Shown: positions 24,009 to 36,335, numbered from the stretch's first letter. The stretch is DNA of 64,000 nucleotides from Octopus sinensis (GCF_006345805.1 NC_043020.1:5890001-5954000); one strand, 5' to 3'. Numbers and translations are program-made. Notes: generated from the sequence alone by a model not told the origin.

Positions 24009-24052
<44 letters not shown>

Positions 24053-24211
24053 GACTGGCTTCTTTCAGTTTCCGTCTACCAAATCCACTCACAAGGCTTT
24101 GGTTGGCCCGAGGCTATTGTAGAAGACACTAGCCCAAGGTGCCACACAGTGGGACTGAACTCGGAACCATGTGGTTTGTAAGCAAGCTACTTACCACACA
24201 GCCACTCCTGC
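23337..24211 (-). mobile_element. SINE family 1 with ~500-bp expanded internal (CA)n(TA)n tract
   Basis: Tail 23337-23545, compound microsatellite about 23545-24050, core/head 24051-24211. Confidence 0.8.
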
Positions 24212-24415
24212 TGAAATGACACCCAACCCCTTTGAATGCTTTTGATCATAGATTTACTCAATCAGGACTGACCTGGGGCTAAACCAGAACATGAAAACAC
24301 TGACTCAATGAGGGTGCATCTACATGATTGCTAGAAATAGCAGCCAAATCTCACTCAAATGACACCTGGTTATCCTAAAAAGAGGAAAGGAGTCATTGGA
24401 TGATTACAAGAATGC

Positions 24416-25055
24416 TTTTGATCATGGGTTTGTTTGATGAAGGCTAGCCTTGGGTTAAACAACAAGAAAAAAGAAATACTATAGAGCAACAAGGAGGTGG
24501 GGTCTCAATGCAGTCACTTGGCCTCCTAGAAACAGCAGCCAAATCTCCTTCAAGTCACATTCTACCATCGTAAAAAATATACGGATGGACAGAGATCATG
24601 TAGTTTGAGAAAAAAAAAGGCAGGATGGTCATATTTGGAGCGCCTTTGATCATATGTTTGTTTGATGAAGGCTAGCCTTGGGTTAAACAACAAGAAAAAA
24701 GAAACACTATAGAACAACAAGGAGGTGGGGGGTCTCAATGCAGTCACTTGGCCTCCTAGAAACAGCAGCCAAATCTCCTTCAAGTCACATTCTACCATCG
24801 TAAAAAATATACGGATGGACAGAGATCATGTAGTTTGAGAAAAAAAAAGGCAGGATGGTCATATTTGGAGCGCCTTTGATCATATGTTTGTTTGATGAAG
24901 GCTAGCCTTGGGTTAAACAACAAGAAAAAAGAAACACTATAGAACAACAAGGAGGTGGGGGGGGTCTCAATGTGGTCACTTGACCTCCTAGAAATCTCCC
25001 TCAAAAAAAAAAAGGCAGGATGGTCACATTTGGAGAGCCTTTGATCATATGTTTG
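24416..25055 (+). repeat. ~229-bp tandem repeat (about 2.8 units) of a fourth dispersed repeat family
   Basis: AGGCTAGCC at 24441, 24669 and 24899; the unit contains CTAGAAA.AGCAGCCAAATCTC, also seen singly near 27990, 37720, 38030, 43680, 50080 and 63015. Confidence 0.8.
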
Positions 25056-25469
25056 CTCATTCGGGACTGACAAGAGGCTGAACAATAGGATCAATAATAA
25101 TGGTAAATGCTCATCTGGAACATTTGGCATGCCAGTTGTTGCGGCAGAGAAGCATTCCAATATTCAAGCATCGTCTATTATCAAAGCTAACCATCTTGTA
25201 TTAAAAGTAAGTAGTTCTGTTTTGGAATCTGACCAAAATTCTCTGGAATGGTAATCACATGTTTTGGCTACTGCCATTCCATATTCTCACAGAATACGAA
25301 GCAGTGCACAGGTTTGTGTTTTCTCTGACTGCTTAATTTGTATCATTCTGCTCGAGCTAATGAAGGAGTCTCTAAGAGGTTGCTCTCAATCTACAGGAAA
25401 TAGCAGCCAAATCTCGATTTATATTTCACATGATTTAAAAAGAAAAAAAGGAAAGAAAAAACAAAATTA

Positions 25470-25740
25470 ATAATAATAATAATGAAATTATTGTATACAG
25501 TGCTCAGGTGCACCACAACTTGTCAGAAAGTGTGTATAAAGTATATGCAGTAATGTAGAAATGTCTGGAAAGCGAACAGTGTATGAGTCAGATACATGCT
25601 TGTGTGTGTATGGAGGGGAGAAAATCAAGTGTCGTGTTGGCGAATCTCAGGAAGCATGGAAGTTTTGAAGGATGCAGTGCTCCGACAACTAACAACTGAT
25701 GCCAGCAGTTTGTTCCATGCTTCAGCAACTCTCAGCATTA
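25470..25740 (-). mobile_element. CR1-like LINE 3' end remnant
   Basis: Shares GTATACA.TGCTCAGGTGCAC.ACAAC and GTTTGTTCCATGCTTCAGCAACTCT with the 29.9-kb LINE; shorter relatives near 9030, 28500-28600, 29010-29280 and 30845-30930. Confidence 0.65.
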
Positions 25741-25760
25741 GATAATGTAATCTTAGGTCA

Positions 25761-25799
<39 letters not shown>

Positions 25800-26094
25800 G
25801 GCAGTGAGCTGGTAGAATCGTTAGCACACCGGGCGAAATACTTAGTGGTATTTCGTCTGTCTTTATGTTTTGAGTTCAAATTCTGCTGAGGTTGACTTTG
25901 CCTTTCATGGTTGATAAATTAAGTACCAGTTGCGTACTGGGGATTGATCTAATTGACTGGCACCCCCTCACCAAAAATTTCAGGCCTTGTGCCAAGAGTA
26001 GAAAAGATTATTATTATCATTATTAAGGCAGCAAGCTGGCAGAATCATCAGCATGCCTTGATGCCCTTCCTAATGCCAACCACTTTACAGGGTA

Positions 26095-26502
26095 TACTCT
26101 TTTACTTGTTTCAGTCATTGGACTGTGGCCATGCTGGAGCACTGCCTTTAGTTGAGCAAATCGACACTCAGGATTTATTCTTTGTAAGCCTAGTACTTAT
26201 TCTATTGGTCTCTTTTGCTGAACCGCTAAGTTACAGGGACATAAACACACCATCATTGGTTGTCAAGCAATGTTGGTGGGGACAAACACAGACACACAAA
26301 CATATACACACACAAACATACATATATACATACATACATGATGGGCTTCTTTCAGTTTCTGTCTACCAAATCCACTCACAAGGCTTTGGTCAGCCCGAAG
26401 CTATAGTAGAAGACACTTGCCCAAGGTGCCACGTAGTGGGACTGAACCCAGAACCATGTAGTTCGTAAGCAAGCTACTTACCACACAGCCACTCCTACGC
26501 CC
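26095..26502 (-). mobile_element. SINE family 1, full length
   Basis: Reverse-complement head, core and tail. Confidence 0.8.
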
Positions 26503-26883
26503 ATACTGTTTATTATTTTTTTTTTTTGGCACAAGCACCAGTGTTGAGTGTATCATAGCTTGCAAGACTAAGGCCATAAGGTGACCCCTGTAACTGGGGA
26601 AGAACAGGAGAGAGAGAGAAAGAAAGAGGTGATGATTCCAGATAGAAGGATGAGGGAATGGTAAATAAGAGGAGAGAATGGGGGGACACAGAATGTGACA
26701 AGGCTGGCCCCTTTGAATTACAGGTGAAACTCATTTCACCAGTTGAGTGGACTGGAGCAACGTGAAGTAAAGAGTCTTGCTCAAGAGACAATGTGCCACC
26801 AGGAATATATACACATATATAAACTGGCATTGCATTAGGTTATGATGATGGGGGTTCCAGTTGAACTGATCAACGGAACAGCT

Positions 26884-27485
26884 TTTACTTGTTTCAGTCA
26901 TTTGACTGCGGCCATGCTGGAGCACCGCCTTTAATCGAGCAACTCGACCCCGGGACTTATTCTTTTGTAAGCCCAGTACTTATTCTATCGGTCTCTTTTG
27001 CCGAACCGCTAAGTAACGGGGACATAAACACACCAGCATCGGTTGTCAAGCGATGTTGGGGGGACAAACACAGACACACACATGCACATACGTCGGGCGA
27101 AATGCGTAGCCGTATTTCGTCTGTCGTTACGTTGTGAGTTCAAATTCCGCCGAGGTCGATTTTGCCTTTCATCCTTTCGGGGTCAATAAATAAAGTACCA
27201 GTTATGCACTGGGGTTGATGTAATTGACTTAATCCCTTTGTCTGTCCTTGTTTGTCCCCTCTGTGTTTAGCCCCTTGTGGGCAATAAAAATAAAAAATAA
27301 AAAATATATATATATACATATATATGACGGGCTTCTTTTCAGTTTCCATCTACCAAATCCACTCACAAGGGTTTGGTCGGCCCGAAGCTATAGTAGAAGA
27401 CACTTGCCCAAGGTGCCACGCAGTGGGACTGAACCCGGAACCATGTGGTTGGTTAGCAAGCTACTTACCACACAGCCACTCCTGC
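26884..27485 (-). mobile_element. SINE family 1 interrupted by a headless family 2 SINE (about 27091-27300, +)
   Basis: Tail, then CGTCGGGCGAAATGCGTAGCC...GGGCAATAAA, then core/head. Confidence 0.72.
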
Positions 27486-29867
27486 TCATGAAATTAACAT
27501 GCAAGTGGTTGAGTATTCCACAGATACGCATATGCTTACCATAGTTCTCAGGGAGATTCGATGTGACAAGTCTGGCCCTTTGAAATCCAAGTACTATTCA
27601 TTTTTGCCAGCTGAGGGGACTGATGGAGCAATGTGAAATAAAGTGTCTTGTTCAAGGACACAACACACCACCAGAAATTGAACCCACGACCTTAGAATTT
27701 GTGAGCCAAATGACTTAACCACAAGGCCACTTGCTTTCACTGACCCAGGGCTAAACAATAGCAACAAGTCTATTTTTGCCTCAGATCTATTAATTTTTAG
27801 ATTTTCTCCTATCAGTCTTCCTATTATATTATCTGCCAGTCTCAATTATCGTTTAGTAACGCTCTGCTAACCACATATTACCATTCTACAGAGTTCCATA
27901 TTCTTATCAAATGTTCATTCTACCATGCTTGCCATTATCATCTATATCGTTTCCAGTGAGCCAACTACGGTCCTTATCTATGTAGAAATGCGAGCTGCTA
28001 GAAATAGCAGCTGAGTCTCCCTCAGATCATACTCCAATATCTTACAAGAGAAGTTCACATTTGATAAAGTAATCCTAGGTGGACTGTCCCTTGGTAAAAC
28101 AATTCCTAGGCTGGAATTACCTCAAGCGGGGTTGACCTGGGGCCAAACAACAACAGAATCATTTCTCTCTCTCATGTTCATGTTCACTTGTTCTTTCTTA
28201 TTTCCTCTCACAGCATATCTCCAAAGGTCTCAGTAACCGACAGAGTGCTCCTTAGTTATTAAATATTTTTCTAACGATGTTCTCCTGTTGTCTTATTCCC
28301 TAGAAACAGTACTGTATATATATATATTATTTTTATTATTGTTTTTATAATTTGTATATATTTATTTTATTATAAATGCAAAACTACACCATGGAGGAAT
28401 TGAGGTAAGCTTAAATAATAAACCATGACAGGTGAACCGTGATATGGCGAGGAATTACTGTACATTGAGTAAAACACAAAAGGAAAGAAAAGTGGATGTT
28501 AAAAGAGTCACAATGAGGAAAGAGTGTATAGGCACATCAGGATTTGTGTTGGGGAATTTCAGGAAGCATGGAAGGATGCAGTGTCCTGACAACTAAGGAC
28601 CAATGTGGATTTTTTATTCTATGGTTTCACCATTCTGGGCTTGGGAATGTGAATAAGACAGCCAGAGAATATCATTAAAAATTATTTAAAAAATATACGG
28701 AAGCCGGTTAGCCGCTCTGTCAACGATCACCCTCATCTGGTGCTCTTTGCACCCCTCTAGCACGGATGCCAGTCGTCGAATTTGATTCGAGCGAGGTCAT
28801 TGCCAGTGCCGCCTGACTGGCCCCCGTGCCGGTGGCACATAAAAAGCACCCACTACACTCTCGGAGTGTTTGGCATTAGGAAGGACATCCAGTTGTAGAA
28901 ACTGCCAGATCAAGATTGGAGCCTGGTGCTGCCATCTGGTTCGCCAGTCCTCAGTCAAAATCGTCCAACCCATGCTAGCATTGAAAGCAGGCGTTAAACA
29001 ATGATGATGACATTATATACACTGCTCAGGTTCCCTACAACTTGGTAGAAAAGGGGTCAGAAAGCAGCAGTAAGTCAAGTGAAGAAAGACAACAATGACA
29101 GCTCGATATATAAATACTCAGAACATAGAATAAACCACAAGGAGACAGAAACATGAACAGTAAAAGAAGCATAAAAAGGAAGGGTGCACAGGTACATCCG
29201 GTGTGGAGTTGGCATATTTTGGGACTCATTGAATGTTTAAAGGCTGCAGTGTCCTGACAGCTAACAACCAATGCTTCTTTTGTCCAACATTTCTCTCGGG
29301 GTGCTTACACTGTCATGCATGGTGTATGTGTGTCATTGTGTGTGTTTGTCCCCCACCATCGCTTGACAACTGGTGTTGATTTGTCTACGTCCCCCACAAC
29401 CCAGCAGTTCAGCAAAAGAGAGTGATAAAATAAATACCAGAATCAAGGAAAATAAGTACTGGGATTGATTTGCTGGACTAAATTCATGTTTCGGCAATTT
29501 GGAATGTGAAAACCATGTTTCTGAAAGTCATGAGTGCTGTGCTGCTTTTTTTTTGATTTTATAAGTATTTGGCAGAGATTTTGAATTCAAAATGGTGTCT
29601 AAAGTTGTCATTGGAAAGATGGTGGATAATCTTGTCGGCTTCTACTACGTCAGCTACTAGACATTGTTGCTTTAACGTGTCAATGCCCAGAGAAACAAGA
29701 TGTTCAAGATATGATAAGTTAGTGACAAAGGGTATTTTTTGTCTGGTAACATGTCTACTATATCAGGGTTGACCTAACACTAATAAGCACCTGATCATTT
29801 TAATCCTTTACCTGTTCAGAGTATAACATCTGATACTCAGGGCATAATTCCCTGGCATCCATGCACC

Positions 29868-29904
<37 letters not shown>

Positions 29905-29905
<1 letters not shown>

Positions 29906-30375
29906 CATTGTATACATTGCTCAGGTGCACTACAACTCATCTAAAGTGTATATATAATCAGGTGTAGTTTCGACGGATTTCGGAAAGCATGAGGGCCTTA
30001 AAGGATGCAGTGTCATGGCAGTCAACAACTGACGCAGGCAGTTTATTCCATGCTTCAGCAACTCTGAGCGTGAAAAAATGTTTCCGAAAGTCATGGGAGC
30101 TGTGTTGTTTTCTGACTTTGTAGGCATGTCCACGTGTGTTAGACACATGGAGATCAAAAAGGTGTTCAGTGTTGTTGGTGAGGTGGTTGATAACTTTGTG
30201 GGTGTTTACCAAGTCCGTCGCCAGACGCCGGAGCTTCAGTGAATCCATGCCCAGGGAAACAAAGCGCTCAGAATATGGTAGGTGTCTGATGGAGGGTATG
30301 CGTTTGGTTGCACGTCTCTGGACAGATTCCAGGAGGTCAATATATGATACACATTCCCAGTTTTTTCCAGCCACT
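29905..30375 (-). mobile_element. CR1/L2-clade LINE 3' fragment (ORF2 C-terminus + 3'UTR + (ATT)n tail)
   Basis: LESVQRRATKRIP...SLKLRRL..DL...HK...TRGHAYKV...FRKHFFTLRVAEAWNKLPASVV...SFK is the typical CR1-like ORF2 tail; ends in an (ATT)n tract. Confidence 0.85.
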
Positions 30376-31154
30376 AGAGTAAATTCAGATTCATAAAAGG
30401 AAAGTTTTATAATAATAATAATGACATAAAAAGCACCATCTGTATGTGGCCGATGCCAGCGCCACCTTGACTGGCTCCCGTGCCGGTGGCACGTAAAAAG
30501 CACCAACTATTCATGGCCGTTGCCAGCCTACCCTGGCACCTAAAAAGCACCATCCATACATGGTCGATGCCAGTGCCGCCTTGACTGGCTTCCGTGCCGG
30601 TGGCACGTAAAAAGCACCAACCGTAAGTGGCCGTGGCCAGCCTCCCCTGGCACCTGTGCCAGTGGTATGTAAAAAGACACACTACAGTCACGGAGTGGTT
30701 AGCGTTAGGAAAGGCATCCAGCTGTAGAAACACTGCCAGATCAGACTGGAGCCTGGTGCAGCCTCCTGGCTTCCTAGACCCCAGTCGAACTGTCCAACCT
30801 ATGCTAGCATGGAAAGCGGACATTAACGATGATGATGATGATGGTGAGTGCTCAGGTGCACCACAACTTGTCAAAAGTGCGTATAAAGCATATGCAGTAA
30901 TGTACAAATGTCTGGAAAGTGAACAGTGTACGAGTCCAAACTAATTGTTGAGGACAAGAAAGGAAATAGGAAAAATCTAAAAGAAAACTTGAAAAGAGTT
31001 ATCTATAATAATGATTTCAAAGTTTGGCACAAGGCCAGCAATGTTAAGGGAGTGGCCAAATCGATTACAGCGACTCCAGTGTTTCACTGGTACTTAATTT
31101 ATCAACCCTGAAAGGACAAAAAGCAAAGTTGACCTTGGCGGAATTTGAACTCAG

Positions 31155-31205
31155 AATGTAGCAACTAGGGAAATACTGCTAAGCATTTTGTCACCTCACC
31201 ACCTT

Positions 31206-31244
<39 letters not shown>

Positions 31245-32903
31245 CATCATCATCATCATCGTTTAGCATCCACTTTCCATGCTAGCACGGGTTGGACGGT
31301 TCAACTGGGGTCTGGGAAGCCAGAAGGCTGCACCAGACTCCAATCTGATCTGGCAATGTTTCTACGGCTGGATGCCCTTCCTAACGCCAACCACTCCGTG
31401 AGTGTAGTGGGTGCTTTTTACGTGCCACCGTCACAGGTGCCAGATGAGACTGGCAAACGGCCACGATCAGATGGTGCTTTTTACGTGCCATAATAATAAT
31501 AATAATAATAATAATAGTCATAATGGTTTCAAATTTTGGCACAAGGCCAGCGATTTTAAGGGAGTGGCCAAGTTGATTTCATCGACCCCAGTGTTTCATA
31601 TGAAATTGCCACCTATAATTATGACCCTAGTATCGATCTATTGCATTTCAATCTGTTTTAGGGTTAGGGGTGGGAGGAAGGGTATCTTTTTTTTTCTTCA
31701 GAAATGTAAATAAACCCAATCTGTTTCTTAAACGAGCGACATATTCATACGGCACAGAATGCTTTTTACCTCAATAGACGTAATTGATTGGTTGAAATTG
31801 CAGAAATTGAAGAAAAAACAAATACCTTACAAACTATAGAATTTTCTCAATAAAGCCAAGAGAAAAAGATGTTTTATAAACACATTCTACCAGTATACGA
31901 AGTTTAAATTTTTTAGTTACCAGAAATTATGTTAAAAACTGCCGTTCAAACCGAAAAGATCCGTCAACCTATCCTTTAAAGGTCAATAAAACAAACCTGA
32001 CAAAAATTGGAGTTGGTTATCAATTAGCCCCTCCTTGCAAAATTCCAGGTCTTATGCTTAGTAAGGGTGAGAAGGAAGTGATACACCCCAGTGAATTTCT
32101 GATAAGATGGGTGGGCGGCTGTGACAAAAACGGTTTGAGTGAAAGGCCCCACTCTAAGTATGCGCCTGTAGAATGAAGAGCATGAGAGAGGGCTTGTACC
32201 TTTTGTGGTCTGGGTAGTCCTGAATTTATGGGGTTCCTTAAACCTTTAGCGTTCTGATTAATCTGCTAAATGCAATGTTTATGCATTCACATTGTTATAA
32301 ATTAATCCGGCATAATTTCATAGTCTTAGGATTTTGATGGTGTGATTGTTTATTTTTAGAATTATATTGTTGGGTAGGTGTGAGAGGCCAAATCAGGCCG
32401 GTTTTAGCATAAAACACGTAGATATTAATGTCTTGTAGGCCCGCGGTATATCGTTATGCAATCAAAATATGCTACGAAGTATATCAAATGTTTTTGCAAG
32501 TCAATACCGTATACTACTGTGTTAGGAATGCATTTAAGTCACGTAAGGTCATCTCTGAAACACTGGGGTCGATGAAATCAACTTGGCCACTCCCTTAAAA
32601 TCGCTGGCCTTGTGCCAAAATTTGAAACCATTATGACTATTATTATTATTATTATTATGGCACGTAAAAAGCACCATCTGATCGTGGCCGTTTGCCAGTC
32701 TCATCTGGCACCTGTGACGGTGGCACGTAAAAAGCACCCACTACACTCACGGAGTGGTTGGCGTTAGGAAGGGCATCCAGCCGTAGAAACATTGCCAGAT
32801 CAGCTTGGAGTCTGGTGCAGCCTTCTGGCTTCCCAGACCCCAGTTGAACCGTCCAACCCGTGCTAGCATGGAAAGTGGATGCTAAACGATGATGATGATG
32901 ATG

Positions 32904-32980
<77 letters not shown>

Positions 32981-33052
32981 AAGGTGGTGAGGTGACAGAA
33001 TGATTAGCACACTAGACAAAATGCTTAGCAGTATTTCCCTAGTTGCTACATT
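31155..33052. repeat. Inverted duplication A (31155-31598 vs 32556-33052)
   Basis: SINE 2 head + (AAT)n + SINE 3 + SINE 2 tail present in opposite orientations with identical chimeric junctions. Confidence 0.85.
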
Positions 33053-33790
33053 AATTAAGTAATTTATCAACCCCGAAAGGATGAAAGGCAAAGTTGACCA
33101 TGGCGGAATTTGAACTCGGAATGCTGCTGAGCATTTCGCTTTGTATGCTAATGATTCCACCAGCCCACTGCCTCAGGTGTTTGTAAAATTGGTTTCAAAT
33201 TTTGGCACAAGGCCAGCAATTTGGGGAGAGAGGATAAGTTGATTACAACAGCACCAGAGTTCATTAACCCCCAAAAGGATGAAAGGCAAAAATCGACCTC
33301 GGTGGAATTTGAACTCAGAACATTAAGACAAAAGATTTTACCAGATATGCTGTCTGTTTTGCCAACCTTCTGCCTTAGTTTTATCTTGAATAGTAATAAC
33401 TCTTTCTAATAAAGACACACAGACTGAAATTTGGGATAGGAGGACACTATTGCTCAAGTGGTACTTTATATCATTGACCCGACCCGATAAGATAAAAAGT
33501 CTAAGGTGACCTCAGTGAGATTTGAACTCAGAACATGAGGAGCCTGAACAAATGTTGCAGGACACTTTTTCTCACGTTCTAAAAATTCTGCCATTCCATT
33601 GCCATTATTAAAGTCGTGTCTTTAATAATAATAATAATAATAATAATAATCCTTTCTACTGGAGGCATAAGGCCTCAAATTTGTAGGAAAGGATTAAGTC
33701 GATTACATCGACCCCAGTGCATAACTGGTATTTATTTACTCAACCCAGGAAAGGATGAAAGGCAAAGTTGACTCCAGCGGAATTTGAATA

Positions 33791-33871
33791 CGTACACCAC
33801 CCGTTTTCGACATTACAAAAACCCTAACCATATCCCTAACCCTAAACCTAGCCCTAACCATCGGGTGTACG
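33791..33871. mobile_element. 81-bp mini-MITE with TA flanks and internal CCCTAA-like repeats
   Basis: TA|CGTACACC...GGTGTACG|TA; interior has four imperfect CCCTAACC/CCTAAACC units. Confidence 0.55.
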
Positions 33872-33873
33872 TA

Positions 33874-34073
33874 TTCTTTACTCTTACTCCTTTACCTGTT
33901 TCAGTCATCCGACTGCGGTCATGCTGGAGCACCGTCCCCAGCCGAGCAAATCGACCCCAGAACCTATTCTTTGTAAGCCCAGTACTCATTCTTTCGGTCT
34001 CCCTTGCCGAACTGCTAAGTGACGGAGGCGCAAACACACCAGCATCGGTTGTCAAGCAATGCTAGGGGGACAA

Positions 34074-34110
<37 letters not shown>

Positions 34111-34283
34111 CACATATATACGACAGGCTTCTTTCAGTTTCCGTCTACCAAATCCACTCACAAGGCATTGGTCGACCCGGGGCTATAGCAGAAGACACTT
34201 GCCCAAGATGCCACGCAGTGGGACTGAACCCGGAACCATGTGGCTGGTTAGCAAGCTACTTACCACACAGCCACTCCTGCGCC
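33874..34283 (-). mobile_element. SINE family 1, full length
   Basis: Reverse-complement head, core and tail. Confidence 0.8.
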
Positions 34284-34901
34284 TATTGTTTCTATAGAAA
34301 ATCTGTAGAGATGACCTTACGTGACTTAAATGCATTCCTAACACAGTAGTATACGGTATTGACTTGCAAAAACATTTGATATACTTCGTAGCATATTTTG
34401 ATTGCATAACGATATACCGCGGGCCTACAAGACATTAATATCTACGTGTTTTATGCTAAAACCGGCCTGATTTGGCCTCTCACACCTACCCAACAATATA
34501 ATTCTAAAAATAAACAATCACACCATCAAAATCCTAAGACTATGAAATTATGCCGGATTAATTTATAACAATGTGAATGCATAAACATTGCATTTAGCAG
34601 ATTAATCAGAACGCTAAAGGTTTAAGGAACCCCATAAATTCAGGACTACCCAGACCACAAAAGGTACAAGCCCTCTCTCATGCTCTTCATTCTACAGGCG
34701 CATACTTAGAGTGGGGCCTTTCACTCAAACCGTTTTTGTCACAGCCGCCCACCCATCTTATCAGAAATTCACTGGGGTGTATCACTTCCTTCTCCACCCT
34801 TACTAAGCATAAGACCTGGAATTTTGCAAGGAGGGGCTAATTGATAACCAACTCCAATTTTTGTCAGGTTGTTTTATTGACCTTTAAAGGATAAGGTTGA
34901 C

Positions 34902-35313
34902 GGATCTTTTCGGTTTGAACGGCAGTTTTTAACATAATTTCTGGGTAACTAAAAAAATTTAAACTTCGTATACTGGTAGAATGTGTTTATAAAACATCTT
35001 TTTCTCTTGGCTTTATTGAGAAAATTCTATAGTTTGTAAGGTATTTGTTGTTTTTTCTTCAATTTCTGCAATTTCAACCAATCAATTACGTCTATTGAGG
35101 TAAAAAGCATTCTGTGCCGTATGAATATGTCGCTCGTTTAAGAAACAGATTGGGTTTATTTACATTTCTGAAGAAAAAAAAAGATACCCTTCCTCCCACC
35201 CCTAACCCTAAAACAGATTGAAATGCAATAGATCGATACTAGGGTCATAATTATAGGTGGCAATTTCATATGACACCGCTAGAAAAAAACTGCCGTTCAA
35301 ACGGAAAAGATCC
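34902..35313. mobile_element. 412-bp MITE with 29-bp TIRs and 8-bp TSD (Merlin- or hAT-like)
   Basis: TIR GGATCTTTTCGGTTTGAACGGCAGTTTTT with 28/29 match at the right end; TSD AGGTTGAC at 34894-34901 and 35314-35321; interrupts a SINE remnant. Confidence 0.8.
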
Positions 35314-35399
35314 AGGTTGACCCTAGCAGAATTTGAACTCAGAACGCAAATGCCGCGAAGCAACGTCTCCGACTTGCTAACAATTCCGCCGATCCATAA

Positions 35400-36010
35400 C
35401 CAAGTACGCGTGCGCGCGCGAACGATCGCCGTGTTCGATTTCGCTTAAATCAATATAGCTTTTAATTACAGAAAAGGTTCCCCACTTTGATTAAGGGTTC
35501 GAGTATCTTATGCCCTCTGCCCCGCCTCAGAGCTAGCTCCCTTTTCACCCCCAATTCCTCTAACCCACCCCCTCTCATCCACGATATTCCACACTAAACA
35601 CCATGTCCAGTTATTCCTCCTCGGAACGTCCACTCTTTTGGAATTCTCCTCCTTCTCATGTTTTCTCTGCAGCAGACATCGATTTACGGATATTAAAGTC
35701 GGATACGAAGCACACATCGTGTGTGTTAGTAATCTCGGCGAGAACTATGAAGGTCAGGGGACCCTGCCCTGGAGACGAAACCACGAGAATAATCCAGTCC
35801 GTTTATGTCTACCGATTCCAGTGACTATTTTCTGAAATCGAAACTGCGTCGCCGGAATCGTCGCCTACCCGGAAGATATTTTATCTTCGGCTACTGTTGG
35901 GGGTTTTAAGATAAAGAGATAAAGAATGTCAGGGTGAGACAGCCTGCGGCGGGACAGGTAACCTTTGAAGGAAGTGATTGCTGAAGCTGTGCTTACGTCA
36001 CTTCCGGTTT
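35400..36010. promoter_or_regulatory. CpG-enriched unique region, candidate promoter upstream of the Rab gene
   Basis: Non-repetitive CpG-rich island in AT-rich DNA (TACGCGTGCGCGCGCGAACG near 35405); overlapping ETS+CRE-like motif TTACGTCACTTCCGG at 35993-36007; about 1.1 kb upstream of the Rab ATG. Confidence 0.5.
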
Positions 36011-36084
36011 CTACGCTTACACATACTTTTGTGTAACGCACACCCACACACATGTAGACACATACCTACATACTATACGCACAC

Positions 36085-36325
36085 ACACACACACATTTAG
36101 CTGCTCATACATACACATACATATATATAAATGCTCGCTCACGCACACATATATAGCTGCTCATACATACACATACATAAATGCTCACTCACACACATAT
36201 ATAGCTGCTCATACATACACATACATACATAAATGCTCACTCACACACATATATAGTTGTTCATACACACACATACATATATATATATAATGCTCACTCA
36301 CACAAACATATAGCTGCTCATACAT

Positions 36326-36335
<10 letters not shown>
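36085..36335. repeat. ~45-50-bp CA/TA-rich tandem repeat (about 5 units)
   Basis: TAGCTGCTCATACATACAC...ATGCTCACTCAC recurs. Confidence 0.7.

Larger units (their letters stand above)
31597..35272. repeat. Inverted duplication B (31597-32556 vs 34307-35272, ~960 bp)
   Basis: Near-identical reverse complements; the differences I saw are single-base homopolymer indels. Confidence 0.88.

Noticed and set aside
28370-28410. TATAAA...ACCATGGAGGAATTGAG|GTAAGC as the first exon of an unknown gene
   Set aside because: Only five codons in AT-rich DNA and no downstream exons found; likely chance
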